A stretch of DNA of 64,000 nt from Patescibacteria group bacterium (lineage in GTDB: Bacteria > Patescibacteriota > Patescibacteriia > Patescibacteriales > UBA12465). Position numbers and translations under genes: made by a program. Below are positions 28,935 to 39,097 of this stretch, one piece after another. The notes below the pieces were generated by a model, which saw only the letters and a list, made by a program, of their open reading frames with translations, searched no databases and was not told the DNA's origin. The DNA is taken from positions 65,259-129,258 of the forward strand of contig JBAZKO010000001.1 in the NCBI GenBank assembly GCA_041650775.1. Reading direction: 5' to 3'. The stretch's first letter is position 1; each line of letters starts with the position of its first letter.

Positions 28935-29847
28935 ATTTTTCAATCAGGCTGTTTCCCGTCATCTCCGGCGGTTGCTTAAGACCCATGATCCGTAAAATCG
29001 TCGGCGCTAAATCGGCTAACGTTCCGGCCGGAGCCAATAAGCTTAAATCGTTATCAAGCGGATCAGTCAGACCGATAGTCTTCCCTTTAAATTCTTCGCC
29101 GATAATCAAGATCGGCACGGGATTATCGGTCATATCTTTATCAATTATTTCTGTTCCGGGAACACCCATTTTCTCGGCATTGCCGCAAGCGGCGGAAATA
29201 ATCAAGACGCCTTTTTTGGCGGTCATAGCTGTCAAAATCTTTTTTAAATCCTGATCGATAGTTTCCATCGCTTTTTTCACTAATGTCCAATCACCACCCG
29301 CCGCCACTAAATCCAGATAAGGAATCGCCGCAATAAGAAAATCAGCCGGGTCGTCGCGATTTATTTCCTTGATTATCGCCGCAATCGTCCGCTTCAAAGC
29401 CAGAGACGGCTTATTCGTATGGTCGCCCGCCTCAGAAGAAATTATTTCCCAGGCTTCGCGGGCGGCTTTATCTTCCCGATGTCCGTTAAAAAAGTGAGTT
29501 AAAGCGGCAAATCTTTCAGTCTCAGCAATTTTCGTTTGTTTTAAACCAGCCTGAGATAAAATAGCCGTTAAAGTCACGGCAGGAACGGTATTTTCAGCGG
29601 CGATTTCTTGCCCAGCGCCCAAAGTCAGATAGCGGGCGTTAAGAGTTTTATTATCTCCAGCGGCCAGTAGTGCCGTCGGGTATTCTTTGATTAAATTCAG
29701 CCAAGTCGGAGTTTTGGCGGCGGCAATAGCATTCGCTTCGCTAGGGGAGGCAACACCCAAACCGTCCAACAAAAGCAAAACTACCGGCTTAGGCCGGTTA
29801 AGTGGGGGCTCCGAGTTTTGATTTTCATTTAAGGAATTTACAATCAT
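28933..29847 (-). CDS. Degenerate iPGM (GpmI)-like protein, phosphatase-fold domain only, probably non-catalytic
   Basis: PVVLLLLDGLG, ANAI..AKTP, IAETE, GNAE and GTLADLAPT are kept; the NSEVGH serine, the transferase domain and several metal ligands are missing. Confidence 0.8.
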   Translation of the reverse strand: MIVNSLNENQNSEPPLNRPKPVVLLLLDGLGVASPSEANAIAAAKTPTWLNLIKEYPTALLAAGDNKTLNARYLTLGAGQEIAAENTVPAVTLTAILSQAGLKQTKIAETERFAALTHFFNGHREDKAAREAWEIISSEAGDHTNKPSLALKRTIAAIIKEINRDDPADFLIAAIPYLDLVAAGGDWTLVKKAMETIDQDLKKILTAMTAKKGVLIISAACGNAEKMGVPGTEIIDKDMTDNPVPILIIGEEFKGKTIGLTDPLDNDLSLLAPAGTLADLAPTILRIMGLKQPPEMTGNSLIEK

Positions 29848-31091
29848 AAAAGAGTTTCTATCTCCATCAGTCGATTATATTTCGCCAGCCTTTCACCGCG
29901 CGACAAGGAACCGGCTTTTAGATAATCCGCACCGCTAGCGACCGCCAAATCAACAATGAAATCATCAGTAGTTTCGCCACTGCGATGCGAAACGATAACC
30001 TTATAATTATGTTTCTGCGCTAATTTTATACAATCCACGGTTTCCGTCAAGGTGCCGACTTGGTTTGGTTTAATAATAATGGCGTTGGCCGCTTTCTCTT
30101 TTAAACCGATACGCAGACGATCGGAATTGGTAACGAACAAATCGTCGCCGACGATTAGCATCTTACTTCCCAATTCCGCGGTTAACTCCCGCCAATCCGC
30201 CCACTCATCTTCAGCTAAGCCGTCTTCCAGATAAAAAAACGGATATTTTTTCAACCATTCATTATATAAACTAATCAGGTTGGCCGGGTTGAAATACATA
30301 TTATCCAGAGAAAAGAGATATTTCTTCGTCGCTTCTTCGTAGAGAACCGACGAACCGACATCAACTCCTAGGCGTAAATCCTCGCCCGGCTTATAGCCGG
30401 CTCGAATGGCCGCGGCCAGGATGAATTCAATCGCTTCGATGCTCGAATCCAAATCCGGGGCATAACCGCCTTCCGCGCCGGTGTCAGTATCATATCCGGA
30501 TTCTTTCAAAACTTTAGCCAGTTCATGAAAAATTTCCGCGCCCATTCTAACCATTTCCGCGGCGCTATTCTTTTTCGGAATGATTAAAAATTCTTGAAAA
30601 TCCAAATTGGTGTCGGCGTGTTTGCCGCCGTTGAAAATATTGAAAAGAGGAACCGGAATCTTCGGCGCCAAAAAAGAAAAACTCTCTCCCAAATAGACAA
30701 ATAATTCCTGCTTCTGGCTAGCGGCCGCGAGACGCGCGCAAGCCAAAGAAACAGCCAGAGTCGCGTTGGCTCCTAAATTTTTCTTGTTCTCACTGCCATC
30801 CAGATTAATTAATATTTTATCGATGGTCGCCTGATCGGTTATTTTTTGACCAATCAATTTCGGCGCGATTATTTCTTTTATTTTTTTGACCGCTTTCAGA
30901 ACCCCCTGCCCGCCATAGCGTTTCGCGTCGCTGTCGCGCAATTCCACCGCTTCATGGCGACCAGTGGAAGCGCCGCTGGGAACGCTCGCTTTAGCGCTCT
31001 GGCCATTGTCCAGGAAAACCAGCGCTTCCACGGTCGGATTGCCGCGCGAATCCAGAATTTCTCGGGCGACGATATTTTTTATTTTAGACAT
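29844..31091 (-). CDS. eno: Enolase
   Basis: DSRGNPTVE, VPSGASTG, QEF, EGG, GDDL, KPNQ.GT, SHRSGET. Confidence 0.95.
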   Translation of the reverse strand: MSKIKNIVAREILDSRGNPTVEALVFLDNGQSAKASVPSGASTGRHEAVELRDSDAKRYGGQGVLKAVKKIKEIIAPKLIGQKITDQATIDKILINLDGSENKKNLGANATLAVSLACARLAAASQKQELFVYLGESFSFLAPKIPVPLFNIFNGGKHADTNLDFQEFLIIPKKNSAAEMVRMGAEIFHELAKVLKESGYDTDTGAEGGYAPDLDSSIEAIEFILAAAIRAGYKPGEDLRLGVDVGSSVLYEEATKKYLFSLDNMYFNPANLISLYNEWLKKYPFFYLEDGLAEDEWADWRELTAELGSKMLIVGDDLFVTNSDRLRIGLKEKAANAIIIKPNQVGTLTETVDCIKLAQKHNYKVIVSHRSGETTDDFIVDLAVASGADYLKAGSLSRGERLAKYNRLMEIETLL

Positions 31092-31103
31092 AAAAATAAT
31101 CTT

Positions 31104-32279
31104 TTAATTTTTAATTATTCCTTTCAGCCCCGGAAGCTTATCGCCACCGAGATAAGAAAGCATCGCTCCGCCGGCCGTGGAAATCCAATCGACGTATTCG
31201 GCCATTTTGGTTAATTTTAAAGCTTCGACGGTTTCGCCGCCGCCGACGACGCCATAAGCGCGACCGGAAGAACGAGAAGCGATCAGACGGGCGATTGCCA
31301 AGGTACCGTGTTTAAAACTGTTCTCTTCAAATTTTCCGAACGGGCCGTTCCAAACGAGGGTCTGCGCTTTTTTGATATAATCCGCGTATAAAGAAATCGT
31401 CTTCGGACCGATATCCAAAATTTTCTCGGTCGATTTGACGGCCGCTGGCGCCTTAACGCGCGCTTCGCCGCCGGCGGTCTTAACTACGACATCTGGCGGT
31501 AAAATTATTTTCGGAACCAATTTTTTTCCTTTATAAAATTTAGCGATACTGGCCGCGCTCCCCTTGTCGACCAAAGACTTTCCTGTTTCCCATTTCTGAA
31601 AACTAAAAAAATTATTGGCCAAAGCGCCGCCGATCAGAATCTGGCTGGCGGCCGGATATAATTTAGAGATTAAAGGCGCCTTCGTCGCGACTTTCGCTCC
31701 GCCCATTATAACCACCAACGGTTTGCGCGGTTTTAAAACTTTATTGAGCGCGCCGATTTCCTGTTCCAATAATAAACCGGCGTAAGACGGTAAATATTTT
31801 TTAATGGCTGAAACCGAAGCTTGCGCGCGGTGGCAGACGGCAAAAGCGTCATTAACATAGATATCGGCCGGAGCGGCTAAGGCTTTGGCAAAAACGGCGT
31901 CGTTAGCATATTCGCCCGGATAAAATCGTAAATTTTCCAGCATCAATACTTCGCCCGGCTTAATTTTTTTAGCGGCCGCCAACACCTTCGGACCGATTGC
32001 TTCCGGAGAAAACTTCACCGGCCGCTTCAATAAAGTTTTAAGACGCGCCGCCAGCGGCTTGGTCGAAAGAGCCGGTTGGCGACCGGAGGGTTCGCCCAGA
32101 TGAGTAGCTACCAGCAAACGCGCGCCCCGGGCCAATAAAAATTCTAAACTGGCGAGCCCGGCCCGAATCTTGTAATCTTCCTTGATCTTTCCGGCGGCGA
32201 GCGGGACGTTAAAATCAACTCGCAAAAAAACCGTTTGCTGATCTAATTTTTTAAATTTTCTAATCGAACTTATTTTCAT
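31104..32279 (-). CDS. pgk: Phosphoglycerate kinase
   Basis: RVDFNVPL, ENLRF, NDAF, GGAK, DIGP, WNGP, STAGGA. Confidence 0.93.
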   Translation of the reverse strand: MKISSIRKFKKLDQQTVFLRVDFNVPLAAGKIKEDYKIRAGLASLEFLLARGARLLVATHLGEPSGRQPALSTKPLAARLKTLLKRPVKFSPEAIGPKVLAAAKKIKPGEVLMLENLRFYPGEYANDAVFAKALAAPADIYVNDAFAVCHRAQASVSAIKKYLPSYAGLLLEQEIGALNKVLKPRKPLVVIMGGAKVATKAPLISKLYPAASQILIGGALANNFFSFQKWETGKSLVDKGSAASIAKFYKGKKLVPKIILPPDVVVKTAGGEARVKAPAAVKSTEKILDIGPKTISLYADYIKKAQTLVWNGPFGKFEENSFKHGTLAIARLIASRSSGRAYGVVGGGETVEALKLTKMAEYVDWISTAGGAMLSYLGGDKLPGLKGIIKN

Positions 32280-32296
32280 ATTTCAGTCTATCTCTT

Positions 32297-33448
32297 TTAT
32301 TTCAGTTCTCCCAACTTTAACTCCAGATCTTTCTCCACCCCGGCGCGCAAATAAGTAAGAGTAATTTTATCACCGGCGTTATAAGCGGACAGGACATCGG
32401 CTAAATCGTTACCGACACCGATTTCCTGATTATTAACCCAGGTGATGACGTCACCGGCTTTAAGCCCGGCGATTTGCGCCGGACTATTTTTAACGACGGC
32501 CGGTTGAGTATCGGTCGGATAAAGCCAAGCACCCTTGTTCAGATTTAACGCCGCGGTCTTCACCACGCTTAAATCCAAATAATTGAGTCCAAGAAACGGA
32601 CGAGCGGGCTGATCTTTTTTTAAGAGCGATTGCCAAAAATAATTATAAGAAAAAGCCGGAATAATTTCTTTATCGGCGGCGATGATGGCCGTCAAATCTC
32701 CGGCCAAGTTAAAGACGAAAGAACTTTTAAAATTATTTTCCGCCGCGCCGGCCAAATCCAGACGAGCGTTCAAATAATCACTGCTTAAGACCGCCGGGGT
32801 CTTAGTTAAGGAGGTTAAAGTTGTCGGCCGGACAGAGTTAAGGTTATTAATCACCAACAGGGTCTCCCCTAAAGAAAGTTCCGAACGGGAAACAATTTTT
32901 TTAACCGGTAAATTAGCCGCGCCGGCTAAATGAAAAACCAGGAGATTGCCGGGCAGGCCCTTGAAATTGGCCAGCTGATCGATTTCATAAAGTTGCCGGT
33001 CGTTACCGATAGCTACGTAATTTTTCGGGTTAAAAGCCGCTCTCAAATCAGCCGGAGCGGTCGCCACTACCCAACCGTCAGAGGTAATTATCAAACCGAT
33101 GAATAAAGGCTCATCTAATTTATAATAAGCTGCTTTTTCGACGCTAACCGCCGCGGAGCCGGTCTCTTTGAAGATGCCGACTAAAACCGGTCGGATATTA
33201 TTAATCGTTTCCGCTATCTTAACGTCTTGATTAACTACTACTTTTTTGGCGTCGCGAATCACCAAACCGGCACTGTTCGCGTCCAGATTGGACAGGTTGA
33301 CTTCGCCAGAGAGATAAGGGAAAGAAAAATCTTTTAAAATATAAACGCGGGTGACGATTTCTCCCAAAATTCCCGCGAAAAGACCGCAGACGACCGCGAG
33401 AGTAATCACGATCCAGAAACGCTTGCCGGACTGTAAAGAATTAGACAT
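32297..33448 (-). CDS. HtrA/DegP-like membrane protein with PDZ domain and degenerate protease domain
   Basis: N-terminal TM, GLIITSDGW, RPFLG...SPAQIAGLKAGDVI PDZ; no TNxH or GNSGG. Confidence 0.8.
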   Translation of the reverse strand: MSNSLQSGKRFWIVITLAVVCGLFAGILGEIVTRVYILKDFSFPYLSGEVNLSNLDANSAGLVIRDAKKVVVNQDVKIAETINNIRPVLVGIFKETGSAAVSVEKAAYYKLDEPLFIGLIITSDGWVVATAPADLRAAFNPKNYVAIGNDRQLYEIDQLANFKGLPGNLLVFHLAGAANLPVKKIVSRSELSLGETLLVINNLNSVRPTTLTSLTKTPAVLSSDYLNARLDLAGAAENNFKSSFVFNLAGDLTAIIAADKEIIPAFSYNYFWQSLLKKDQPARPFLGLNYLDLSVVKTAALNLNKGAWLYPTDTQPAVVKNSPAQIAGLKAGDVITWVNNQEIGVGNDLADVLSAYNAGDKITLTYLRAGVEKDLELKLGELK

Positions 33449-33478
33449 AAATTATCAAATTAAACATAAAAACGCCGA

Positions 33479-34237
33479 CTAAAGCCAGCGCGCCGTCAAA
33501 AGTAAAACTAAAACGGCGATTGCGCTTAAAATTAAGGGGAGCTTTAAAGCGGAAAAAACCAAGCCGCCGCGCGAATCCAAGCGAACAATCAGGATTGATA
33601 AATAATAAGCGATAGCCAGAAAAAACGCTAATAAGTTGAAGCTTAACGGCAGGAGAGAAAAGACCCAGGCTAATTCCGTCAGAATCATGACCATGATGAA
33701 GAGCAAATTGCCGGACGGATGCCAACCGACCTTAAGAGGAAAAAATTGAATCAGAAGCAACCAGGCAATCGGGACAAAGATTGAAAGTGTCGCTATCAGC
33801 GGCCAATTTAAAAAAGTCGGCAGACCGAACAGAACGCCGGCGGCCGCGAAAATCGTCAAAAAACCGCCGCCCGAGAGCAAACTGTCCAGTTTATCCGCCC
33901 GTTCCGGCACGCTGTAAGTGGAATAATAGTATAAGTTCTTAAAGTAAGAAAAAAGGAACCAAGCGACCAGCAAAAAAATCAACTGGATCCAAAAACGACC
34001 GACAATCATCGTGGCGTAAGTGGAAAAACTTAAAAAAAACAAAACCGGAGAAATTATAAATGGCGGCCAATCTCCGGCCGCATTCTGACGAACGATGGAA
34101 CGCACGCTTAAGGTTATCAAGAGAACGCCCAGAGCCAAAGCGGAATAAAAAAACGGCGGTTCAAGCAAAAAGGCCTGGCTCAGAAACCAAACGATGAGCG
34201 GTATGACCAAAGGAATAAATCGACGATATTTTTTCAT
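33479..34237 (-). CDS. Hypothetical polytopic membrane protein
   Basis: About 8 TM, with ELAWVFSLLP and a terminal LLTARW. Confidence 0.75.
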   Translation of the reverse strand: MKKYRRFIPLVIPLIVWFLSQAFLLEPPFFYSALALGVLLITLSVRSIVRQNAAGDWPPFIISPVLFFLSFSTYATMIVGRFWIQLIFLLVAWFLFSYFKNLYYYSTYSVPERADKLDSLLSGGGFLTIFAAAGVLFGLPTFLNWPLIATLSIFVPIAWLLLIQFFPLKVGWHPSGNLLFIMVMILTELAWVFSLLPLSFNLLAFFLAIAYYLSILIVRLDSRGGLVFSALKLPLILSAIAVLVLLLTARWL

Positions 34238-34243
34238 AATTTA

Positions 34244-36673
34244 TTATTGGGGCAAAGTAGAGGTTGCCGCCGGAACGGCGACAACCGCCGGCGCACCGCC
34301 GTCAAAAACCGACGTAGTCGAACCCGTTTCGCTGGTGGTAGCCGCGCCTTCGATTAGGCCGGTCTCCGGTAACGGCGGCTCCGGAGAAACGATATCTCCG
34401 GCGGACGGCTCGGCTGAACCGGATGCTGACGGCATGGGCGTAATAATATAATCATCTCCTCCGGCCGTCAACTCCAGACTTTTTACTTCGCCTAAAGTTG
34501 CCAGATCATTAATTTTCAAAAATTTATTAGAAAAAGTTATCAAACTGTCATTAATATAAAGACTGCGCTTAACCGTATTATCATAATAGTTGAAACCACC
34601 CCAAGAATCGGATTGACTAAAATGACCAGCGGCGGAATGATCAATTTTTCCTTTCAGAGAAAAACTATCGTTATTAATGGTAAAAACTAAGGCGCCGGCG
34701 AAAGCCAAACGGCCGTTATCGCGCAAAACGGCGGGAATGGAAAGTAAATTTTTCTCGGCCGAGTATAAAAAAGCTTTATGGTCGGAAAGAGCGATGGAAT
34801 CGCTGTCAACGCCAAGCAGATAACTATCCGCTTCTTTTGGCTTGCTTAAATCGGTAAAATCAAATAAAGATAATTTCAAGCCTTTGACCTTTACGCCGCC
34901 GTCCGCCGTTTCTTCGACGTCGCGTCCGAGGCCGATTAATTTATTGCCATCCTTGTCGATTGGATGGAGATAATTGGAAAAACCGGGAATTTTTATCGCT
35001 CCCAAAACCGCCGGTTTAGCCGGATCTTTCAAACTGATGACGAATAAAGGATCGGTCTGCTTAAAAGTCACCAGATACGCGCGATCGCCGATGAAGCGGG
35101 CGGCGTAAATTTTTTCCGTCGTCGCCAGATTTTCCAGACTACCGAGCGGTTTCAGATTAGCGTCTAAAACATAAATATTACTGTAAGAGTCTTTCGCCTG
35201 GTCGTCTAAACGCGACCAAGTCTGGTTTTTAGTCGTCGCCAAACGCAGGTTTCCGCCGTTTTCGTCGAGAGAAAATTGGTTTAAAATTTGACCGTTAACT
35301 TCACCCATCGCCCGATATTCGATTTTATTGCCATTAATCGCAATCTTATGGATAACGGTCTTCTCCAGCTCTTTTTCTTTTTCAACTAATTTCTGTTTAA
35401 GTTTTTCGTCTATTTCCGTGCCAAACGCCGTCTGTTCAACGTCGCTTAAAGAAGCGAGATAACGATCGATGATTTGCGCTATTTTATATTTCTTCTCATT
35501 ACTATTAAGAATAAAAAGCGGCGCGGCCTCTATTTTATTTACTTTATCCTGATCAGCGACGTCGAGTTTAGGGTAAACCAACTCCTTTTTCACCAGTTGT
35601 TCCAAATCATATTCGTTTAAATACTGAGTATAAGTGATATAAATGTTATTTTGAGAAACATAGAGATTCTGGCTATTATTCAAGAGATAAACCTGGCCGT
35701 TAATCGCTTCGGCGTTATTTTTAATATTGATAGCCGTGATGTTGGTAAAATTATAGGAGTCGTAAGGAATATCGAAGTAATAAACCTCCGGCGCAAAACA
35801 TTTCACGGCCGAGTCGCATTTGACGGAGAGGACCTGGCCATTTTCTAAAACTCGCGGCACGAGGGGCTCGTTAGCGAGGTAACTGCCGTAAGTATTGGTC
35901 AAGAAATAGACATAATCTCCTATCAGACGGGCATCATAATAGGAACCTTCGAAATCCAGGTCGCGTACCTGTTTCGGATTGGCCGGATCGGACAAATCAA
36001 AGACTTTGAAAAAAGAATAAACATTCTGACGCCGAAAAGTTTTATATAACGGCTGGGCATAAATCTGACTATCGGAACCGAAGACCGCCAAAAAATTACC
36101 GTTGATAAAAATATCCTGCGGCCGGGATTGAAAAGTTATTTTGCTGACCGCGGCCGCTTCCGCCGCCGGCGTCGCTTTGATAATCGACAATTCGTTCCTG
36201 ACCAGAGCGTAAATATAAATACCGTCCGTTTTAATAATATCCGCTTCGTCTACGCCCGCAACTTGATTATTGGTTTTAGAATAATCTAAAGAATTATTGG
36301 GTGTTGAACTGTCTCCGCTCGCCGTGGCGCTTTCCGATACGACCAAGCCGCTCGTATTCGCGGCTTGGGGAGCGGTGGCCGATAGAGTATTTTTGACGGC
36401 CGCTACGTCGACCGCGGTCTGCAAAGTACCGCGATTAAGACTACTTTCGGGGTTATTATTTTCAATTAAAAATTGGGATAACTCCTCATAATTATTAAAC
36501 TTTTTTAATTGATTGGTATTACTTACCGTCGGTGCGGTCGTGGTCGCTTCCGAAACGACCGGTTCCTGGATTAACGGCGCTGGCGCCGTCTGCTTCCACG
36601 GGAAAGTACAGCCACCCGCGAAAATAGCCAAAACCGATAAAACCAACGATAATTTTAAAATTCTTTTAAACAT
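34244..36673 (-). CDS. Secreted beta-propeller-domain lipoprotein
   Basis: AGGC lipobox, YSKTNNQVAGVDEADIIKTDG, NQFSLDE, IYAARF, VTFKQTDPLF, KIPGFSNYLHP. Confidence 0.88.
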   Translation of the reverse strand: MFKRILKLSLVLSVLAIFAGGCTFPWKQTAPAPLIQEPVVSEATTTAPTVSNTNQLKKFNNYEELSQFLIENNNPESSLNRGTLQTAVDVAAVKNTLSATAPQAANTSGLVVSESATASGDSSTPNNSLDYSKTNNQVAGVDEADIIKTDGIYIYALVRNELSIIKATPAAEAAAVSKITFQSRPQDIFINGNFLAVFGSDSQIYAQPLYKTFRRQNVYSFFKVFDLSDPANPKQVRDLDFEGSYYDARLIGDYVYFLTNTYGSYLANEPLVPRVLENGQVLSVKCDSAVKCFAPEVYYFDIPYDSYNFTNITAINIKNNAEAINGQVYLLNNSQNLYVSQNNIYITYTQYLNEYDLEQLVKKELVYPKLDVADQDKVNKIEAAPLFILNSNEKKYKIAQIIDRYLASLSDVEQTAFGTEIDEKLKQKLVEKEKELEKTVIHKIAINGNKIEYRAMGEVNGQILNQFSLDENGGNLRLATTKNQTWSRLDDQAKDSYSNIYVLDANLKPLGSLENLATTEKIYAARFIGDRAYLVTFKQTDPLFVISLKDPAKPAVLGAIKIPGFSNYLHPIDKDGNKLIGLGRDVEETADGGVKVKGLKLSLFDFTDLSKPKEADSYLLGVDSDSIALSDHKAFLYSAEKNLLSIPAVLRDNGRLAFAGALVFTINNDSFSLKGKIDHSAAGHFSQSDSWGGFNYYDNTVKRSLYINDSLITFSNKFLKINDLATLGEVKSLELTAGGDDYIITPMPSASGSAEPSAGDIVSPEPPLPETGLIEGAATTSETGSTTSVFDGGAPAVVAVPAATSTLPQ

Positions 36674-36724
36674 ATCCCAAAAATTAGTTTATTTTTAACT
36701 AAGGTAATTATAGCATAAATAAAG

Positions 36725-37444
36725 TCATTTGATAGTCACTTCCGTTCCGACCGCGACGCGGTCATAAAGATACTGCGCCGAACCGATGCCCAGACGGATA
36801 CAGCCGTGGGATACGGGTTTTCCCAGGTGATTGGTTCCTTCGCGATAGCCGTTCGGCCAGAGCGGCAGTTCATGGATACCAAAAGAACCGTCCTTAATTC
36901 CGAGCCAATACGGCATCCATAATTCATACTTATTGGACCAGGCCTTTTTACTTTTATTGACGATCTTAAAATTTCCTTTGGGTGTCGGCATGCTGGCTTT
37001 GCCGGTGGAAACCGTAAACTGCTTCCAAGGTTGGCCGTCCACGAGATAAATCAGCTTCTGATCTTTTAAATTCACTTCTATTTTCAGCGGTAATTTACTG
37101 GCAGCGCCAGTGGCCGGATCGAAAGCCCGGTCAATTTCTTCCCCGTCTTTATAACCATCGCCGTCGGTATCGGGATTCAAGGCGTCGGTTCCGAATTTCA
37201 ACTCCCAATAATCACTTAAGCCATCCTTATCCATATCGCTCTTTTCTATCTTTACTTTCTCTGGATTGAAAGGCGAATAACCACTGGCTAATTCCGCCGC
37301 GTCGCTATAACCGTCATCATCGGAATCGATAGTGAGTTCGGCCGCCAAAACCGCCGGAGCGAAAAATCCGTAAAAGAATATGAGAGCCAACAGAAAACCG
37401 CCAGACGAAAGTGCAAATTTAAATAAAGGCTGATATTGCTTCAT
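36725..37444 (-). CDS. L,D-transpeptidase (YkuD family) with Ca-binding DxDxDG repeats
   Basis: VSTG...TPKG, GIHE, SHGCIRL; DSDDDG, DMDKDG and DTDGDG repeats. Confidence 0.88.
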   Translation of the reverse strand: MKQYQPLFKFALSSGGFLLALIFFYGFFAPAVLAAELTIDSDDDGYSDAAELASGYSPFNPEKVKIEKSDMDKDGLSDYWELKFGTDALNPDTDGDGYKDGEEIDRAFDPATGAASKLPLKIEVNLKDQKLIYLVDGQPWKQFTVSTGKASMPTPKGNFKIVNKSKKAWSNKYELWMPYWLGIKDGSFGIHELPLWPNGYREGTNHLGKPVSHGCIRLGIGSAQYLYDRVAVGTEVTIK

Positions 37445-37464
37445 CTTATTTATTCAGTTTATTA

Positions 37465-38028
37465 TCATGTCCTCTTATTATCGCGTCCTCCATCCTGTTG
37501 GATTGAATACTCACAACCGCAAAACTTTTGACGGTAAATCCCCAGCTCCTTAGCTAATTCCTGCGAACGACGATAACCGTCATCGGCTTGAAAATCATCA
37601 TCTAAAAAAACCAAACTGTTCGTTGTCGCCAAGCCGTGGCCGATGGCTTTAATCATCTCCGTATCCTTATAAGGACTAACCAGAAGAGTTGTACCGAATA
37701 AATCGAATCCTTTACTCCGGGCTAACTCGGCGGTTTTGACCAAACGATCGCGATAGCAAATCCGACAGCGATCGCCGCGTTCCCGATCCGCTTCACGCCC
37801 GTGTATTTTTTCCCGCCAGCTTTCATGGTTATAAGGCTCGACAAGCAAAGGCCAAGCGAATTTTTCCGCCAGCAATTTCACCGGCGCCAATCTTTTTTCA
37901 TACTCCGCGGCCGAATTTAAATTCGGATTATAAAAATACCAGGTCAAATCATAATTCGGCGCCAACCGGTCGCGGCTGATATAGGCGCCGCAAGGCGCGC
38001 AACAAACATGCAAAAGTAATTTTTTCAT
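37465..38028 (-). CDS. queH: Epoxyqueuosine reductase QueH
   Basis: LLLHVCCAPC, FYNPN, RCRICY..RL, YRQKFCGC. Confidence 0.92.
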   Translation of the reverse strand: MKKLLLHVCCAPCGAYISRDRLAPNYDLTWYFYNPNLNSAAEYEKRLAPVKLLAEKFAWPLLVEPYNHESWREKIHGREADRERGDRCRICYRDRLVKTAELARSKGFDLFGTTLLVSPYKDTEMIKAIGHGLATTNSLVFLDDDFQADDGYRRSQELAKELGIYRQKFCGCEYSIQQDGGRDNKRT

Positions 38029-39089
38029 AAGAATTTTTGTTTCTGATTATTTTTTGAACGATGATCTAGCCACCAAAAACCGATAATCAATAAGGACATA
38101 ATACCCACTAAGAATAGCAACGCCAAAAATTTTCCTCGGCTCTGCAGGAACAAGCCGCTAAGACCAAAAACCAAAGACAGACTATAAAAAATTAAAACCG
38201 TTTTACGCTGACTGAGGCCGAGCGCGAGCAGACGATGATGTAAATGACGGCGATCGGCAAATTTAAAAGGATTCTGACCGCGCCCCAAACGGCGAATAAT
38301 CGTCCAGGCGACATCCAGAATCGGAATACCCATGATTAAAAGGGCAATGGCGATTTTTCCGCCGGAAATAATCGCCAGAACTCCCAGAATATAACCGAGC
38401 AGTAACGAACCGCCTTCACCTAAAAAAATCCTGGCCGGATGCCAATTAAAAATCAAGAAACCGAGACAGGCGCCGGCTAAAAGACAGGCGGCGAAAGCGA
38501 TATCCGGCTGGTAATACCGCGTCGTCAGCGTAAACAAAAAAATAATGAACCCGCCAATGGCGCCGATGCCGGAGACCAGACCGTCCACGCCATCCAAAAG
38601 TTTCGTCGTATACATCATGCCCAGAAGCCAGAGCGCGATAATCAGCGGCGAAATAAAAAACAAAGAATTCAGGTCGAAATAACCGCCGAAAGGATTAGTG
38701 ATTTTGGCAATTTCCACGCCGCCGGAGATTAAAATAGCGATGGCGAACAAGGGAAAAATAATTTGTTGCCAAGGACGCAAATTATATTTATCGTCCAGAA
38801 CGCCGCCGATAATAATAACCAAGGCGCCGCCGGCAAATCCAACCAGATGGGACCAGCGAAGATTGCCGGACAAAAAGTGATCGGAAAATAAAAATAAAAA
38901 GGAAAAATAAGCGCTAAAAATCGCCACCCCGCCCAGTAGCGGCATCGCGCTCGTATGAATTTTTCGGCTGGCAGAATTAGCGGTATCAGGTAAATCAACT
39001 ATATGAAAACGAAGGGCAATTTTCCTGACGAGGAAGGTCAAAAGCGCCGTCACCGCTAAAACTGATAAAAAAATAATAAAATAAAACAT
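38025..39089 (-). CDS. Undecaprenyl-phosphate GlcNAc-1-P transferase (WecA/TagO, MraY-like family)
   Basis: RKIH..AMP.LGG, LDD, LLDGVDGL, NWHPARIFLG, DRRHLHHRL. Confidence 0.88.
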   Translation of the reverse strand: MFYFIIFLSVLAVTALLTFLVRKIALRFHIVDLPDTANSASRKIHTSAMPLLGGVAIFSAYFSFLFLFSDHFLSGNLRWSHLVGFAGGALVIIIGGVLDDKYNLRPWQQIIFPLFAIAILISGGVEIAKITNPFGGYFDLNSLFFISPLIIALWLLGMMYTTKLLDGVDGLVSGIGAIGGFIIFLFTLTTRYYQPDIAFAACLLAGACLGFLIFNWHPARIFLGEGGSLLLGYILGVLAIISGGKIAIALLIMGIPILDVAWTIIRRLGRGQNPFKFADRRHLHHRLLALGLSQRKTVLIFYSLSLVFGLSGLFLQSRGKFLALLFLVGIMSLLIIGFWWLDHRSKNNQKQKFL

Positions 39090-39097
39090 TTCTAAAA

